A stretch of DNA of 64,000 nucleotides from an uncultured Bacilli bacterium (lineage in GTDB: Bacteria; Bacillota_I; Bacilli_A; RF39; UBA660): NCBI GenBank assembly GCA_947629235.1, contig CANRCX010000004.1, forward strand, positions 13,191 to 77,190, in the 5' to 3' direction. Positions 62,438 through 64,000 of this stretch are shown here, one piece after another. The notes beneath the pieces are model-generated. The model ran no database searches. It saw only the letters and a list, made by a program, of their open reading frames with translations, and was not told the DNA's origin. The position numbers were made by a program, and so were the translations under genes. How positions within the stretch are numbered: the stretch's first letter is position 1; each line of letters starts with the position of its first letter.

Positions 62438-63325
62438 ATGACTGAAGATAAAAAGCAATATTTTAAATATGATGATATATTAGAACCAATTTGTATTAAT
62501 GATGAATTATTATCAATAAAAGCATTATTAAATAAATTAAAAAAATATGTAATATATTATAAAACAATTGATATAAATGATATATTAAGATTTTCATATG
62601 AGTTTTTTAATCAATATTTAAAATTAAATAATATTAATTATTTTGATGAGAAAAAAATTTATAATATATATGATAAATCTATTTCTAAAGATGAATGGAT
62701 TAAATTTTATAATGATAATTCAGTTATTATAAGTCCATTAAATTTACCAATAAAAATAATAAGAAATTCAAAAAAAGATACTTATGAAGCATATATTGAA
62801 TATTTTTTTGGATATAACAAAGAAAGTTTGGAAGCAATTAAACAAGTTCCAATACTTTTTTCTTGTATTAAATTAAGTAGTAAATTAAGTCATTATACAT
62901 CATATTCATATATACATGAAATTACTCATACACAAATTATGAATAATAAGAATGTTCAAGAATATTATAATAAAGAATTTTTACCATTTTTAGTTGAACT
63001 AATTTCATCATTTGAATCAAATAATTCATTAATGGAATTAAGAGTATTAATTAACTATTTATTATTAAAATTAAATAGTGAAATAAATTATATATTAAAA
63101 CAAGATAATATTGATGCGTGGGTATATATAGTATCAAGACTTAAAGCATTAAATATGTTTTATTTATATTATAATAGTAATAAAGAAATAAGAAAAATAA
63201 TAGTTAATGATATTCAAAATATTTTTGATGGTACATTAGGAGTAGAAGAATTTTTAAATAAATACAATATCACTTATGAAAATTCATTAAATAAAAATTT
63301 AATAAAAAAAGTTCTTTATATTTAG
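62438..63325 (+). CDS. HExxH metallopeptidase-like protein
   Basis: YIHEITHTQI is followed by FLPFLVELISSFE. This is the same HExxH ... E spacing logic as 10715..11932. The match is very divergent. Confidence 0.4.
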   Translation: MTEDKKQYFKYDDILEPICINDELLSIKALLNKLKKYVIYYKTIDINDILRFSYEFFNQYLKLNNINYFDEKKIYNIYDKSISKDEWIKFYNDNSVIISPLNLPIKIIRNSKKDTYEAYIEYFFGYNKESLEAIKQVPILFSCIKLSSKLSHYTSYSYIHEITHTQIMNNKNVQEYYNKEFLPFLVELISSFESNNSLMELRVLINYLLLKLNSEINYILKQDNIDAWVYIVSRLKALNMFYLYYNSNKEIRKIIVNDIQNIFDGTLGVEEFLNKYNITYENSLNKNLIKKVLYI

Positions 63326-63412
63326 TATGTAAAATATTGTAAATAAAATTAAAAACATTGATAATAATAATTTGATATTATATAATCTTATAAGAATAGG
63401 AAGGTTGATAAT

Positions 63413-64000
63413 GTGAAAAAAGCTGGAATAATAATAACAATTGTTATTTTATTACTAATAAGTGGGTTTGCAAGTGTAATGGCATATTATTATTTAACTA
63501 ATAATACTAATGATACAGTAGTGGATAGTGAACTAAAAGAATATTTTGATAAAGTAGGTAAAAAGTATAAAAATATTTATACAACAGAAAATACAACAAT
63601 AAAAGATTTTAATTTTGATACTTCAAAAGATTTATTTATGAATAACTTTATATTAGAAAATTTGGAATTTTTTGATTTTAGTGATAGTTTTGATACTGAA
63701 AAATATAGAAATCAAAGTTTAATAGATAATTGGTTATTTGTATATATAGTAGATGATAATAATATTAAAGATGCATGCTTTTCAAAAGAGTTATTAACTA
63801 CTGCATATAAAAAAATATTTAATGAAGAAGTTGAAATAGAAAAAATATTTAATGATAATGAAATTACAAATCATTATGTATGTTATAGTAAAAAAGATAG
63901 TGATATAAAAGAATATAAATATAAAGAAGCAAAAATATTAAATACAACAGACGAAGATGATTTAATAGTTTCTTATTATGAATTAAAAGATAATAAAAAT
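63413..64000 (+). CDS. membrane-anchored paralog-family protein, 5' part (runs off the window; not in ORF track)
   Basis: GTG start 7 nt after AGGAAGG. I translated it by hand and it stays open to base 64000: VKKAGIIITIVILLLISGFASVMAYYYL...SELKEYFDKVGKKYKNIY...NWLFVYIVDDNNIKDACFSKELLTTAYKKIF...YVCYSKKDSDIKEYK. Confidence 0.7.
   Translation, partial: MKKAGIIITIVILLLISGFASVMAYYYLTNNTNDTVVDSELKEYFDKVGKKYKNIYTTENTTIKDFNFDTSKDLFMNNFILENLEFFDFSDSFDTEKYRNQSLIDNWLFVYIVDDNNIKDACFSKELLTTAYKKIFNEEVEIEKIFNDNEITNHYVCYSKKDSDIKEYKYKEAKILNTTDEDDLIVSYYELKDNKN

Noticed and set aside
1-64000. Alternative genetic code (UGA = Trp, as in Mollicutes), considered because of the extreme AT content.
   Set aside because: TGA terminates well-defined genes at the expected length (5812-5814, 19606-19608, 24912-24914). 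Conserved Trp positions, such as the MBOAT W-H motifs, are TGG.

Overview
This is an extremely AT-rich chromosomal segment, roughly a quarter G+C by eye. It comes from a low-GC Gram-positive bacterium (Bacillota) and uses the standard code 11. TGA acts as a stop at 5812-5814 and 19606-19608, and Trp is TGG.

The housekeeping backbone is clear:
- recX, prsA and serS
- rsmE, mtaB and tRNA-Met
- a reduced dcw cluster: mraZ-rsmH-ftsL-PBP2B-[AMP-ligase]-murG-divIB
- ylbD/ylbE-like genes, nfo, a ynbB-like gene and an acpS-like gene

Interleaved with it is accessory, mostly envelope-directed content:
1. Three separate Dlt/MBOAT-type systems:
   - a dltA-dltC pair behind vanW, next to an Sfp-type PPTase (7.5-10.7 kb)
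   - a five-gene Dlt-like operon with an embedded PLP decarboxylase (23.3-28.8 kb)
   - a lipoprotein-MBOAT-DHHW triad (35.3-38.3 kb)
2. Two paralogous type I toxin-antitoxin-like modules that the ORF track misses, at 21.8-22.1 kb (beside the tRNA) and 34.7-35.0 kb, plus an orphan copy of their sRNA promoter.
3. A four-member family of membrane-anchored proteins at 56-64 kb. It has visible footprints of insertion and segmental duplication: 29-bp direct repeats splitting a shared terminator, a duplicated gene 5' end, and a frameshifted copy.
4. A Clp-D1-only AAA+ protein, an RNB-like protein with a degenerate active site, an orphan pseudopilin pair, and a Wzy_C-like membrane protein next to a surface protein carrying tandem D-x-N-A-T repeats.

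My best candidate for an undescribed system is the decarboxylase-containing Dlt-like operon. The TA-like sRNA/peptide modules come second.

All functional calls rest on motifs I read in the translations. No database search was possible. I saw no CRISPR array, rRNA, transposase or integrase.
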